Positions 1-8,627 of a DNA stretch of 64,000 nucleotides are shown here, in pieces. The stretch's first letter is position 1. Every line of letters begins with the position of its first letter. The stretch lies in the sequence record NZ_CP142098.1; one strand, given 5' to 3'. The notes below the pieces were generated by a model. The model searched no databases, was not told the DNA's origin, and saw only the letters and a program-made list of their open reading frames with translations. The position numbers were made by a program, and so were the translations under genes. Source of the stretch: a plasmid.

Positions 1-174
1 CCGACGGATCGTTTCCTTCGGCTGCAACTGGTCAATGATCTTTTGGCCGCTTCCTTCCTCAATGTGCTCATCCCTACGGGAGATTTGGGAAATCGATTTA
101 TCCAACAGAGAGGAAGCGTACTCACTATTGAGCATATTTCCGTAATGCTGTCCGGGGAGATTAAAGAGCTGTGA
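1..174 (+). CDS. 3' end of a CDS running off the left edge (partial)
   Basis: Open frame from position 1 to a TGA at 172-174 (...IQQRGSVLTIEHISVMLSGEIKEL*); no start visible in the window. Confidence 0.25.
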   Translation, partial: PTDRFLRLQLVNDLLAASFLNVLIPTGDLGNRFIQQRGSVLTIEHISVMLSGEIKEL

Positions 175-209
175 GGCAGACAGGATTTTACACTCAATAA
201 GGAACACAC

Positions 210-860
210 ATGGGTGACTGGTTTATTGCCACCGAGGGCGTGAAGATCGTCAAAGACAGCCCCGGCCTGTGGCCGCAGATCATCACGGCGGTGGCGTCCA
301 TCGGGGCGGCGCTGGGTGGTGTGGGGCTGACGCACCGCTTTACCCGCAAACGGGAGCAGGCGGCCGCTGAGCAGAAACTCGCGGGGGAGCGTTATTTCAT
401 CGCCACGGAGCTGGTATTCAAGCTGGAAGACTTTGCGGAAATGTGTGCGGAAGTCTCGCAAGATGATGGCAGGCGGGATGAAGGAGATGAATTCCGGCCT
501 ACTGTCAGTGTGTACTCCCTTGAATTTGATGATGTGACCGGTGACTGGCGTGCCCTGCCTCCCCCGATCATGTACCGGGTGCGGGAAATGAGCGTTCTGC
601 AAGCTGAAGCGCGCGGTTCGATTAACTTCCGCGATGAAGTCGACACTTCCTCAAGGCATGACAGCTATTATCGAGAGAGGCAGTATCAGTATGCACGCCT
701 CGGCCTGCGGGCTCTCTTGCTGGCCAAACGTCTGCGCAAACTCACCGGCATGCCCTCTTCTCGCCTCGACAAGTACGACTGGTCGCCGCAGAAAATCCTG
801 TGGCAAAGCTGGCGTGAAGGGCGAAAGTTTAGAAATGAGGAACGACTGGATGAGGAATAA
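210..860 (+). CDS. hypothetical protein (216 aa) upstream of integrase
   Basis: Long ORF ending 4 nt before the integrase start; N-terminal hydrophobic segment; no recognisable motif. Confidence 0.4.
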   Translation: MGDWFIATEGVKIVKDSPGLWPQIITAVASIGAALGGVGLTHRFTRKREQAAAEQKLAGERYFIATELVFKLEDFAEMCAEVSQDDGRRDEGDEFRPTVSVYSLEFDDVTGDWRALPPPIMYRVREMSVLQAEARGSINFRDEVDTSSRHDSYYRERQYQYARLGLRALLLAKRLRKLTGMPSSRLDKYDWSPQKILWQSWREGRKFRNEERLDEE

Positions 861-863
861 TAC

Positions 864-1673
864 ATGAGCGGTTTAGTGGTGCCGGCATTCTACCCGGCGA
901 TGCCGGCGCAACCGTCGGTGGCTGGCGTTTCGTTGCCGGTCGCCATCGACTACCCGGCCGCGCTGGCGCTGCGCCAGATGGCTCTCGTCCATGACGAACT
1001 CCCGAAATACCTGCTGGCGCCGGAGATCAGCGCCCTGCTCCACTACGTGCCGGATCTGCACCGCAAACTGCTGCTGGCCACGCTGTGGAACAGCGGCGCC
1101 CGGATCAACGAGGCGCTGGCGCTGACGCGCGAGAATTTCGCGCTGGCGCCGCCCTACCCGTTCGTGCAGCTGGCCACCCTCAAGCAGCGCACGGAAAAGG
1201 CCACGCGCGGCGCCGGCCGGTTGCCGGCGGCCAGCACGCCGCCGCGCGTGGTGCCGCTGTCCGATCCGCAGTACGTCGCGCAGCTGCAGACGATGGTGGC
1301 CACGCTGAAAATTCCGCTCGAGCGCCGCAACGCGCGCACCGGCCGGATGGAAAAGGCGCGGCTGTGGACGATCACCGATCGGACGGTGCGCAGCTGGCTG
1401 GCGGAGGCGGTTGATGCCGCGGCGCGCGACGGCGTGACGTTCTCGGTGCCCGTCACCCCGCACACCTTCCGCCACAGCTACGCGATGCACATGCTGTATG
1501 CCGGCATTCCGCTCAAGGTGCTGCAGGCGCTGATGGGGCACAAGTCGGTAAGCTCGACCGAGGTGTATACGAAGGTGTTTGCGCTGGATGTGGCGGCGCG
1601 GCACCGGGTGCAGTTTCAGATGCCTGAGGCCGAAGCGGTCAGCATGCTGAAGGCCCTGAGTCCGGGGCAGTAA
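864..1673 (+). CDS. int: tyrosine site-specific recombinase (phage-integrase family, 269 aa)
   Basis: C-terminal catalytic region HTFRHSYAMHML...[14 protein letters not shown] (His/Arg box plus catalytic Tyr); SD GGAG upstream; about 65% GC. Confidence 0.85.
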   Translation: MSGLVVPAFYPAMPAQPSVAGVSLPVAIDYPAALALRQMALVHDELPKYLLAPEISALLHYVPDLHRKLLLATLWNSGARINEALALTRENFALAPPYPFVQLATLKQRTEKATRGAGRLPAASTPPRVVPLSDPQYVAQLQTMVATLKIPLERRNARTGRMEKARLWTITDRTVRSWLAEAVDAAARDGVTFSVPVTPHTFRHSYAMHMLYAGIPLKVLQALMGHKSVSSTEVYTKVFALDVAARHRVQFQMPEAEAVSMLKALSPGQ

Positions 1674-1947
1674 ACCCCTTCTGCATAAAGGCATCCTGTA
1701 CTGTTCCGGATTGTCGTTCTACCTCAACGAAAAAATACGATCAGCAAAAATTTTTGATGGACAATTTTTCCGAAAGTGCCGGAATGTCCAGGCTGGATAG
1801 CATTTTTTGTGCGTCCCCGGGGGGCGTCAGTGGAAGGTTTATCATTGAGGAACGCGAGCTGGACAGAATACCTGAATGTCTAACGGCGCGGGTAATTAAA
1901 CGAGAGCCGTAAAAAAGGCCGCTGGCGCGGCCTAAATGTATGACTGT

Positions 1948-2205
1948 TTACTCTAAAACCCACGTTATGCCACCATCGCGGCTTCTGTGGACAGTGTTAA
2001 ATGCTGGTATATTTTCGTGATATTGCTTTATGACAATTTCACTGTCCGAAATTATCTCAACATCAGCGGTCATCGTGCCGTAGTTGATTCTGCACTGGCC
2101 GATGCAATAAATGTGATAAAGCCCTGTTAATACATCACTTCTAAGCGGCTTATGCATACTCTCTCCTGTTTCCTTACTGAATGATTTTGGTACATAGATT
2201 TTCAC
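1948..2205 (-). CDS. small hypothetical protein (85 aa), downstream gene of a translationally coupled pair
   Basis: Low-GC ORF; its start overlaps the stop of the upstream 73-aa ORF by 4 nt (ATGA); candidate two-gene (TA-like) module. Confidence 0.35.
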   Translation of the reverse strand: MKIYVPKSFSKETGESMHKPLRSDVLTGLYHIYCIGQCRINYGTMTADVEIISDSEIVIKQYHENIPAFNTVHRSRDGGITWVLE

Positions 2206-2423
2206 GGGTTAATGCGTTTTTCGGTGTCATCCAGTAATCCCGGATTGTTGAACCAATTCCGCGCTTCTGCATAGTTACCAACATCGATTGCAGCCATGAC
2301 GTGAGCCAGCGAATTCATAGCGCTGTCACGCGACAAGGTTCCGTTCTTATAACCATCAAGAGCAGCATTGATCAGGTTTTCCATACCTTTATGGTCGGCG
2401 GTAGTTAAAGTTTTTTTAGTCAT
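2202..2423 (-). CDS. small hypothetical protein (73 aa), upstream gene of the coupled pair
   Basis: Low-GC ORF with 4-nt overlap to the 85-aa ORF; no recognisable family. Confidence 0.35.
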   Translation of the reverse strand: MTKKTLTTADHKGMENLINAALDGYKNGTLSRDSAMNSLAHVMAAIDVGNYAEARNWFNNPGLLDDTEKRINP

Positions 2424-2524
2424 ATAAAAGCCCAGAGCTATTGGTTAGTGGAATTGAGAATATGGGGATAAATCCGTGGGTTTCAAGGTGTTAGCCGCGT
2501 CAAAAAGTGCTAGATGCAACTGAG

Positions 2525-3003
2525 GGAACTGGACAGAATGACCTGTATGTCTAACTGCGCGGGGATTAACGAAGCGCTGGCCCTGACCAGGGGTGATTTT
2601 TCACTGGCACCACCCTATCCGTTTGTGCAGCTGGCGACACTCAAACAGCGTGCGGAGAAAGCGGGGAAACGGCCGGGAGGACTCCCGCCGGCAGTCAGGC
2701 GTACCGGCAGAACCGAGAAAGCGTGCATCTGGGAGATTACTGACCGCACCGCCCGCACCCGGCACACCTGCAGCAGACGGGGTGACCTTCTCTGTGCCGG
2801 TGACGCCGCACTCGTTTCGTCATTCCTACTCCATGCACATGCTGTATAACGGGATTCCGCTGAAAGTGCTGCAAAGTCTGATGGGACACAAGTCGAATCA
2901 GTTCGACGGAGGTGTATACCAAGGTGTTCGCCATGGATGTGGCGGCGCAGCAGCGCGTGCAATTCTCGATGCCGGGGGCAGAGGCGGTGGCGATCCTTAA
3001 AGG
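2525..3003 (+). pseudogene. degraded paralog of the tyrosine recombinase (frameshifted 3' two-thirds)
   Basis: Two overlapping frames encode [34 protein letters not shown]... and [39 protein letters not shown], homologous to int residues about 75-250 but frameshifted; a 45-bp imperfect copy of its 5' junction lies at 1856-1902. Confidence 0.7.
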
Positions 3004-3181
3004 TCGGCGCTGAATGGCCGATAGGTGAAACAGGCAGGCCGGTCAAATGACCGGCCTATTTTTTTCCCTGGTGTTTTCTGGCGTACTGCATGGTTGGTGT
3101 CTCAGATGTTTAGTAACTCTAAACAAGTTTGATGTTAAGTGATGCTAAACATGTCGTCAATCCCTTATCTGACGACTGCCT

Positions 3182-3460
3182 ATGGTTCCTCAACGACTGA
3201 AAGCCGCGCGCCGGCGAGCCGGACTCACCCAGGAAAAACTCGGTGTGCTGGCCGGTATCGATGAGTCCACCGCCCGCTCGCGGATCTCCCAGTACGAGAA
3301 CGGTACTTACACGCCGGCGTTCACGACGATGTGCGCCCTGGCACGCGTGCTCAACGTGCCGGAGTGCTATTTCTATATACTGGATGAGGGGTTTGCGGAG
3401 AAAGTTCTGGGATTATATGAGTCTGAGATTACATCATTACACGATGACAGGATTGTATAA
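3182..3460 (+). CDS. XRE-family helix-turn-helix transcriptional regulator (92 aa)
   Basis: LKAARRRAGLTQEKLGVLAGIDESTARSRISQYENG is a canonical HTH_XRE signature. Confidence 0.7.
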   Translation: MVPQRLKAARRRAGLTQEKLGVLAGIDESTARSRISQYENGTYTPAFTTMCALARVLNVPECYFYILDEGFAEKVLGLYESEITSLHDDRIV

Positions 3461-3487
3461 TCCTATAATTAAATAATTATAGGATTA
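3458..3487. promoter_or_regulatory. perfect 13-bp inverted repeat TAATCCTATAATT-AAAT-AATTATAGGATTA (candidate protein-binding site)
   Basis: Exact palindrome read directly; shares the TAATCCT core with the 8-bp iterons upstream of parA; lies between the convergent XRE and parG-like genes. Confidence 0.6.
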
Positions 3488-3492
3488 CATGA

Positions 3493-3696
3493 TTATTCAT
3501 TATCTTTCAGCCAATTACCAATCAACTCTATAGTGATCTCGGTCATTTCCTTATCTTGTTTCAGACAAGCTAGCTTAAATCTCTTATGCAGGTCTTCGTC
3601 GATATTCATCTGCAGTTTCTTCGTCAGCCCCTTAGGGGCCTGAATAGCCTGCAGAGCCGGGTTCAGCTGTTTATGTTGTCCCAGTTTCATCTTCAT
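3493..3696 (-). CDS. ribbon-helix-helix (ParG/CopG-like) centromere-binding protein partner of ParA
   Basis: 67 aa; [38 protein letters not shown] matches the RHH beta-alpha-alpha pattern; start overlaps the parA stop (operon). Confidence 0.55.
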   Translation of the reverse strand: MKMKLGQHKQLNPALQAIQAPKGLTKKLQMNIDEDLHKRFKLACLKQDKEMTEITIELIGNWLKDNE

Positions 3697-4319
3697 TGGA
3701 TCAGCTCCAGGATTTCTTTGGTCATTACATCAATTTCTCCTTTCGCTTGGCTGTCTGTCGTATCATAGACGGTGCCGCCATCCAGCATGGTTCTGATGTA
3801 TGCCTGCCGCTGGCCTGTCCCGGTTTTTAATGCTGGGATGCCAGTATCGGCAATGGATTCTTTGAGGACTTCCAGCATTTTTGCAGACGACACTTTTTTG
3901 GTTATCAGGAACCTGGCTGTTATAGGTTGTAGATTTTGCCTCGCCTCTATAACTGCAATAATTGCGCTGCATGCTGCGAAATCTAGCGGGGAAGGTGTTA
4001 CCGGGATTAAAACGAGATCGCTAACCATAACTGCAGCCGATGAGATTGCCGAGATTGCCGCGGCGCCATCGATGATGATGAAGTCATAACCTGTGAGCTG
4101 TTTCCGAACGGTGTAAACCTCCTTCTCAGAAGACGCTTCCGCCAGGTCGAACTTGCATTTATCTTCCTCATACCAGTTGCCAATACTTGCCTGTGGATCT
4201 GTATCGACAACAACTACGCGGAAACCTTGTCTCGCCAGACAGGTTGCAACGTTGATAGACGTCGTTGTCTTCCCGACCCCCCCTTTACCATTCAAAAATG
4301 AAATAACGTTAGTTTTCAT
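3693..4319 (-). CDS. parA: ParA/Soj-family partition ATPase, short type Ib form (about 208 aa from MKTNVISF)
   Basis: Deviant Walker [11 protein letters not shown]; no N-terminal HTH extension; probable start is the ATG at 4319 (SD GAGGT). The ORF track begins at 4331. Confidence 0.9.
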   Translation of the reverse strand: MKTNVISFLNGKGGVGKTTTSINVATCLARQGFRVVVVDTDPQASIGNWYEEDKCKFDLAEASSEKEVYTVRKQLTGYDFIIIDGAAAISAISSAAVMVSDLVLIPVTPSPLDFAACSAIIAVIEARQNLQPITARFLITKKVSSAKMLEVLKESIADTGIPALKTGTGQRQAYIRTMLDGGTVYDTTDSQAKGEIDVMTKEILELIQ

Positions 4320-4337
4320 ACATAACCTCACTGTAGA

Positions 4338-4520
4338 GTAATCCTGTAATCCTGTAATCCTGTAATCCTGTAATCCTGTAATCCTGTAATCCTTGGCGGA
4401 TCTCCGATTAGAATCACATAGTTATTTGATTATGTAAATATGTAATCACATGATTTTGTAATCCTGTAATCCTGTAATCCTGTAATTATGAAATCCTATG
4501 ATTTTATGATTCTGTAATCT
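4338..4520. repeat. iteron array: 7 tandem TGTAATCC repeats (4338-4394) plus 4 further copies (4441-4520), candidate centromere/operator for parA-parG
   Basis: Direct 8-bp tandem repeats read in the sequence immediately upstream of the parA start. Confidence 0.8.
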
Positions 4521-4593
4521 TTTAAGGCTATGGCCAAGAAACTCTGTGTTGCCGTTGTTTCCATTGCAGCGTCACCCATTAACTCGCCGCGCC

Positions 4594-4788
4594 TAACATA
4601 GCCTCGCCTTGGTCTGCGGCAAGTATTCGCTACCGCCGGCTGCTTTACCCGTTCGCACTCCCTCCACGTTGTTCCAGTCGCTTGCGCATGCGGCTTCAGC
4701 AGCCGTACCTGCCTCATCCCTTGCCGGCGTGGCTAGTTCTTGCGCTATGGCGAGAAATGGGTTCTCGCCTCCATAGGGAGACAACACC
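4594..4788 (+). repeat. GC-rich structured leading-region repeat, copy 1 (short form), immediately 5' of the 4789 ORF
   Basis: Shares the core ...CCGTTCGCACTCCCT...CGCTTGCGCATGCGGC... and a flanking CGGCAAG/CTTGCCG stem with the other copies. Confidence 0.75.
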
Positions 4789-5559
4789 GTGAACAACCAA
4801 CTTTCCTTCGATGCTTTGCTGACAACTGAAGCGCCAGTGAAAAATGAATCAAGAACCACGCCCAGTGAAGCCAGGAAACTATTTATCAAAACGTTCTCGT
4901 GCGTTGCTACTTACCATCGGCGCCTCGATGTTTTCCGTGACTTTATTCGGCTGGCTTCTAATGAACTTGACCTGGCACGCGTGCGATCGGAGGAGGGGAG
5001 GGAAGAGGCAATGCAGATTTGTAAACGGTATGAGGCTGCCGATTTAGAAAAGATGCACCATTTGTTCTGTTTCCTGGTTGATGCGTTGGAAGCTGGAATG
5101 CATGACCTGTTGGGGGGGGTATTCATGGAACTGGAATTCGGCGCCGCATCAATGGGGCAGTTTTTCACGCCGCTTGAACTTTCGCGCTTGATGGCAAGGC
5201 TGACAATCGGAGAACACGTTAACGAGCTGAAACAGCGACCGTTTATTACGTTGGATGAGCCGGCCAGCGGATCGGGAGGGATGGTGATCGCTGTGGCCGA
5301 GCACTTGTTAACGCAAGGCTATAACCCGCAGCAGCAGTTGTATATTCGTTGTACTGATATCGATCCGATGGCCGCCGATATGTGTTTTGTACAGCTCGCA
5401 TTATTGGGGTTGCCTGCAACAGTTTATACCGGCAATACCTTATCCATGAGTATGTCGAAGGTTCGCCATACGCCGATTTATTACATTAATGGATGGGGTG
5501 AGAAACTTCGCTTGCTTGATATCGCAACTCGATTCCAAAAAGTGCTGCAAGCGGTTTAG
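4789..5559 (+). CDS. N6-adenine methyltransferase-like protein lacking the catalytic NPPY-type motif (HsdM N-terminal-half homolog, 256 aa)
   Basis: Motif X GQFFTPLELSRLMARL and SAM motif I LDEPASGSGGM are present; the protein ends about 90 aa after motif I with no (D/N/S)PP(Y/F/W). Confidence 0.55.
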   Translation: MNNQLSFDALLTTEAPVKNESRTTPSEARKLFIKTFSCVATYHRRLDVFRDFIRLASNELDLARVRSEEGREEAMQICKRYEAADLEKMHHLFCFLVDALEAGMHDLLGGVFMELEFGAASMGQFFTPLELSRLMARLTIGEHVNELKQRPFITLDEPASGSGGMVIAVAEHLLTQGYNPQQQLYIRCTDIDPMAADMCFVQLALLGLPATVYTGNTLSMSMSKVRHTPIYYINGWGEKLRLLDIATRFQKVLQAV

Positions 5560-5568
5560 TTTTAGGGA

Positions 5569-5593
5569 AGGGGAGACAATTCTCCCCTTTTTG
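5569..5593 (+). terminator. rho-independent terminator (GGGGAGA-CAAT-TCTCCCC + TTTTT)
   Basis: Perfect 7-bp stem followed by a T5 run, 10 nt after the stop of the methylase-like gene. Confidence 0.7.
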
Positions 5594-5605
5594 CTATTGG
5601 TTTCC

Positions 5606-5999
5606 GGCGACGTTGAGTCGCCAAAAACCAACGATCGGTCGCTTGCAGCCGGCGATGCCGGCGCCGCTTTCACTGCCCGGCCGCTTGTGCGGCCGTTCGC
5701 TAAGGCAGCCAGGCTAAAGGCCTGGCACTTTCTGGTGCATCCCCTCAGGCCCGGCATCCGCGCAGAGAGACTGTCCCCGTGACAGACGCTGAGCCGGGGC
5801 GCCGCCGGCACAAGGGTAAGCGTTGCCGGCGTCCTCACCCGTTCGCACTCCCTTCCTCCCTGCGGTCGTTTGGTCGCTTGCGCTGCGGCCTGCGGCGCCG
5901 CCCTTGTACCGTCAGCTGATACCCCGTCTCGGTCTTGTTGTCACGGCGCCAGGCTCCCCGCGCCGGCGAAAGCCAAAAGGGGAATACACCAGAAAGAAG
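5606..5999 (+). repeat. GC-rich structured leading-region repeat, copy 2 (long form, about 395 bp)
   Basis: Near-identical to copies at 15071-15464 and 20666-21025; contains hairpins GGCGACGTTGAGTCGCC and GCCAGGC-TAAAG-GCCTGGC and the long-range ACAAGGG/CCCTTGT stem; ends 18 nt before the 6017 start. Confidence 0.8.
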
Positions 6000-6016
6000 T
6001 CGTAACGGGAGGGTTT

Positions 6017-6520
6017 ATGACGAAATCACTGAAAGAGATGTTGGCCGAGCTGGCTGTTAGCAAACAGGGCAATCCGCTGCAGGACGAGCGCACGGAGGAC
6101 AATTTGGCCCGCATTTCATTGGCAGCGGAGGCTGTGTTGGCTTTCTTGGCTAGATGTCCGGGTGATGAACGCGACGTCACGTCGATTTTCGCTGATTTAA
6201 TGGCCGATTTATTCCACTTGGGGCACCGCCTGCACATGGCTGGATTTTATGCCGATTTTCCATTATGGCGGCAGTCTGTATTACTCACCGCCATGGGCCA
6301 TTTTGACGCTGAAATTACCGAGTTTTCAGAGGAGGTGATTTGTCATCCTCATGCGGCCTTCGCACTGCTGTCGTTCCTAAACAGCCGTAAGCAACCTGAT
6401 CAACACATCAGCGTATCGGCACGCTTACTTGCGACTGAACTGGTCATGATGAATACCCGTCTTGAATCGTTACCGAAAGCTAATGCACTGGCCGCCGTCA
6501 TCGCCGAAATCTACAAGTAA
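6017..6520 (+). CDS. hypothetical protein (167 aa)
   Basis: ATG at 6017 with SD GGGAGGG, in frame with the 5870 track ORF; no recognised motif. Confidence 0.5.
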   Translation: MTKSLKEMLAELAVSKQGNPLQDERTEDNLARISLAAEAVLAFLARCPGDERDVTSIFADLMADLFHLGHRLHMAGFYADFPLWRQSVLLTAMGHFDAEITEFSEEVICHPHAAFALLSFLNSRKQPDQHISVSARLLATELVMMNTRLESLPKANALAAVIAEIYK

Positions 6521-6566
6521 TCATTAGGGCGGTGCGCCTGCCGCCCTATCTAATTATGGTATCAAT

Positions 6567-6908
6567 ATGAATAATAAGATTTATTTTAAGGGTAAAAAGA
6601 CAATTGAGGTGATCACACATGCGCGTCAACAGGGGAGTGATGTGCTGTTGGTCAAGGATGAGGGGGTGTATTTGATGGCGGCATCGCATGCCAAAGGAAA
6701 GCGGTTATTGGCCTATGCGGAAGGGTTGGATCCGACGACCCGTGACAGTAGAGACGTATTTGATGAAGCCTGCCGATTATGTGGCGGTGACGACTTTATG
6801 GAGCGTCTCCCGTCGGACGACCCGACCTTTGATCATCTGCTGGAGAAACAAGGTTATCTTGAGTTTCTCATTACACAAACCGAGTTCTGTATGACGTCTG
6901 TGGGTTAA
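6567..6908 (+). CDS. hypothetical protein (113 aa)
   Basis: ORF with plausible start; no recognised motif. Confidence 0.45.
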   Translation: MNNKIYFKGKKTIEVITHARQQGSDVLLVKDEGVYLMAASHAKGKRLLAYAEGLDPTTRDSRDVFDEACRLCGGDDFMERLPSDDPTFDHLLEKQGYLEFLITQTEFCMTSVG

Positions 6909-6963
6909 AAGCGACGCCCGGTTCGCATTGGTGATAGTTCCGCGGTGTGGCAAAGCCCCCTTG

Positions 6964-7152
6964 ATACTCATATTGAGCATCAAGGGGGCCTGTGGCGGGA
7001 ACTCTTCAATAATAAAGTGACTCAGTTTGATGCGTAACAACGAAAGTTAGCAACCAATAAACTCATATTGAGTTATTTAAATTACTCATTTTGAGAAACT
7101 ATAGCTTGATGCGCTCTCTGATTTACTTATAATGATACTCAAATTGAGTAAC
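6964..7152. repeat. parC-like centromere/operator: four copies of ACTCAwwTTGAG(T) at about 6966, 7061, 7084 and 7136, overlapping a TATAAT -10 element (7127-7132)
   Basis: Repeats read directly; each is itself a short palindrome (ACTCA/TGAGT); located immediately upstream of parM, as in R1 parC. Confidence 0.65.
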
Positions 7153-7166
7153 TAAAGGGTTGTGAA

Positions 7167-8141
7167 ATGCATATTTGCTGTGATGATGGTTCTACCAATG
7201 TGAAGCTGGCCTGGTATATGGCGGGGAATTTACATACGACCCTATCGCCTAATTCTTTCCGTCCAGGATGGAAAATCGACGGCATCGGCAGCCGTCGGAC
7301 GTACAACTATTCCGTTGATGGCCTGAAGTACACCTTTGACGATGTTAGCCAGCAGGCGATCAGCACGACCAATATTGAGTATCAGTACGGTGATACCAAT
7401 CTGCTCGCGGTTCACCATGCCTTGCTAAACAGTGGCATTGAGCCACAATCGGTTAAGCTGACTGTCACATTGCCAATCAGCGAGTTCTATACCGATGACT
7501 GTCAGAAAAACACAGTCAATATTCAGCGAAAAATCGACAACCTGCTTCGACCTGTGACGTTGAATAAAGGAGACGCTTTTACGGTGACAGCAGTTGAAGT
7601 GATGCCTGAATCCCTACCGGCGGTGTTTTCTCACTTGGTCCAGGAGAATGTTGGGCCGCTGGAAACGTCCCTGGTTATCGATTTGGGTGGCACAACGCTT
7701 GATGCCGGGGTGATCGTCGGGCAATTCGACGATGTGACGGCGATCCACGGTAATCCTACCCTGGGTGTTTCTATGGTGACGCAGGCCGCGCTGACGGCGC
7801 TGCGTATGGCGGACAGCGATACGAGCGCCTATGTGGCGGATACGGTGATCCAGCGTCGTCACGATCGGGCCTTTTTGTCACAGCTGATAAATGATGCTTC
7901 CCGTGTTGATGACGTTATCGCCGCGATAGAGCACGGTATCACCCGGCTTGGCGATCGTGTAGTGAACGAACTGGCGCGATTCCGCCACGTTAACCGGGTT
8001 TGGCTGGTCGGTGGGGGCGCTCCGCTGATAGAATCCGCCGTAAGAAAAGCCTGGAAACTGTCGGCGGAACGTATAACGTTGGTCGAAAACCCGCAAATGG
8101 CGCTGGCGAGTGAAATGGCATTGTATAAACAAGAGGGATAA
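7167..8141 (+). CDS. parM: actin-like plasmid segregation ATPase ParM/StbA (type II partition)
   Basis: N-terminus MHICCDDGSTNVKLAW and an internal VIDLGGTTLD block closely parallel R1 ParM (MLVFIDDGSTNIKLQW...IIDLGGTTLD), with extensive collinear similarity over 324 aa. Confidence 0.9.
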   Translation: MHICCDDGSTNVKLAWYMAGNLHTTLSPNSFRPGWKIDGIGSRRTYNYSVDGLKYTFDDVSQQAISTTNIEYQYGDTNLLAVHHALLNSGIEPQSVKLTVTLPISEFYTDDCQKNTVNIQRKIDNLLRPVTLNKGDAFTVTAVEVMPESLPAVFSHLVQENVGPLETSLVIDLGGTTLDAGVIVGQFDDVTAIHGNPTLGVSMVTQAALTALRMADSDTSAYVADTVIQRRHDRAFLSQLINDASRVDDVIAAIEHGITRLGDRVVNELARFRHVNRVWLVGGGAPLIESAVRKAWKLSAERITLVENPQMALASEMALYKQEG

Positions 8142-8143
8142 CC

Positions 8144-8548
8144 GTGAGCGAAAACAGCAGTGATACCCGCCGAAAATTTACCAGCTATTTGCAGCTGGAC
8201 TGCGAGGCAGATCGCCAAGCTCTGAATGTGGTTGAATCCATTTCGCAGCGAGTGCGCGGGGATTTTCTGCGTAATGCCATCATCACAACGGCGGCATTAC
8301 ATCAGCTCGATTCACGATTACCAGTATTGTTGGCCACGATGTATAACGGCCAGTTGACCAGCGAGCAGCTGGTCAACCTGGTCAGTCAAACAACAGGCTG
8401 GAGACCCGAAATGGCCGCGATCCGCGACGTGGTTATGGCGTTGTCTGGTGATAATTGTCGATTGGTGGATCCGGTTGAACCTGTACAGCAGCGTAGCGAA
8501 TTGGGGCCCCTGGATGAGGCTCGCAAGAAATTGGATAAATTGCTCTAA
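8144..8548 (+). CDS. parR: ParR/StbB-like centromere-binding adaptor (134 aa)
   Basis: Small gene 3 nt after parM, as in parMRC operons; size and charged N-terminus are consistent; direct sequence similarity is weak. Confidence 0.5.
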   Translation: MSENSSDTRRKFTSYLQLDCEADRQALNVVESISQRVRGDFLRNAIITTAALHQLDSRLPVLLATMYNGQLTSEQLVNLVSQTTGWRPEMAAIRDVVMALSGDNCRLVDPVEPVQQRSELGPLDEARKKLDKLL

Positions 8549-8627
8549 GGGGCAATTATTGCCGGTTTGTCTGCATTTTTGTCTCGTTTAGGGTGCAAAA
8601 ATTGCCTGTTTTTTAAGGGGGCAATGC

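Noticed and set aside
873-1694. 273-aa minus-strand ORF fully overlapping the integrase gene; similar long antisense ORFs occur at 1085-1414, 10692-11087, 16209-16784, 17028-17618 and 24606-25022.
   Set aside because: These lie within high-GC coding regions whose sense-strand products have clear family signatures; they are Arg/Pro/Gly/His-rich, typical of antisense frames in GC-rich DNA.
4338-4394. Considered whether the TGTAATCC tandem array could be a CRISPR or microsatellite.
   Set aside because: 8-bp contiguous repeats with no spacers immediately upstream of a parA start are classic partition/operator iterons, not CRISPR.
4618-4627. ops-like GGCGGTAGCGAA (10/12 to GGCGGTAGCGTG) on the minus strand inside repeat copies 1 and 8 (also at about 21996-22005).
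   Set aside because: The orientation would only affect leftward (antisense) transcription through the leading genes. It is present in 2 of 8 copies and is most likely a chance sub-motif of the GC-rich core (GTTCGCTACCGCC).
5440-5838. Near-identical ORFs MRTPATLTLVPAAPRLSVCHGDSLSARMPG... on the minus strand at 5440-5838, 14911-15303 and 20655-20864, plus their + strand counterparts.
   Set aside because: They fall entirely inside the GC-rich structured repeats. Their repetition reflects repeat copies, not a gene family. They have no SD or plausible start context and cover sequence that forms conserved hairpins.
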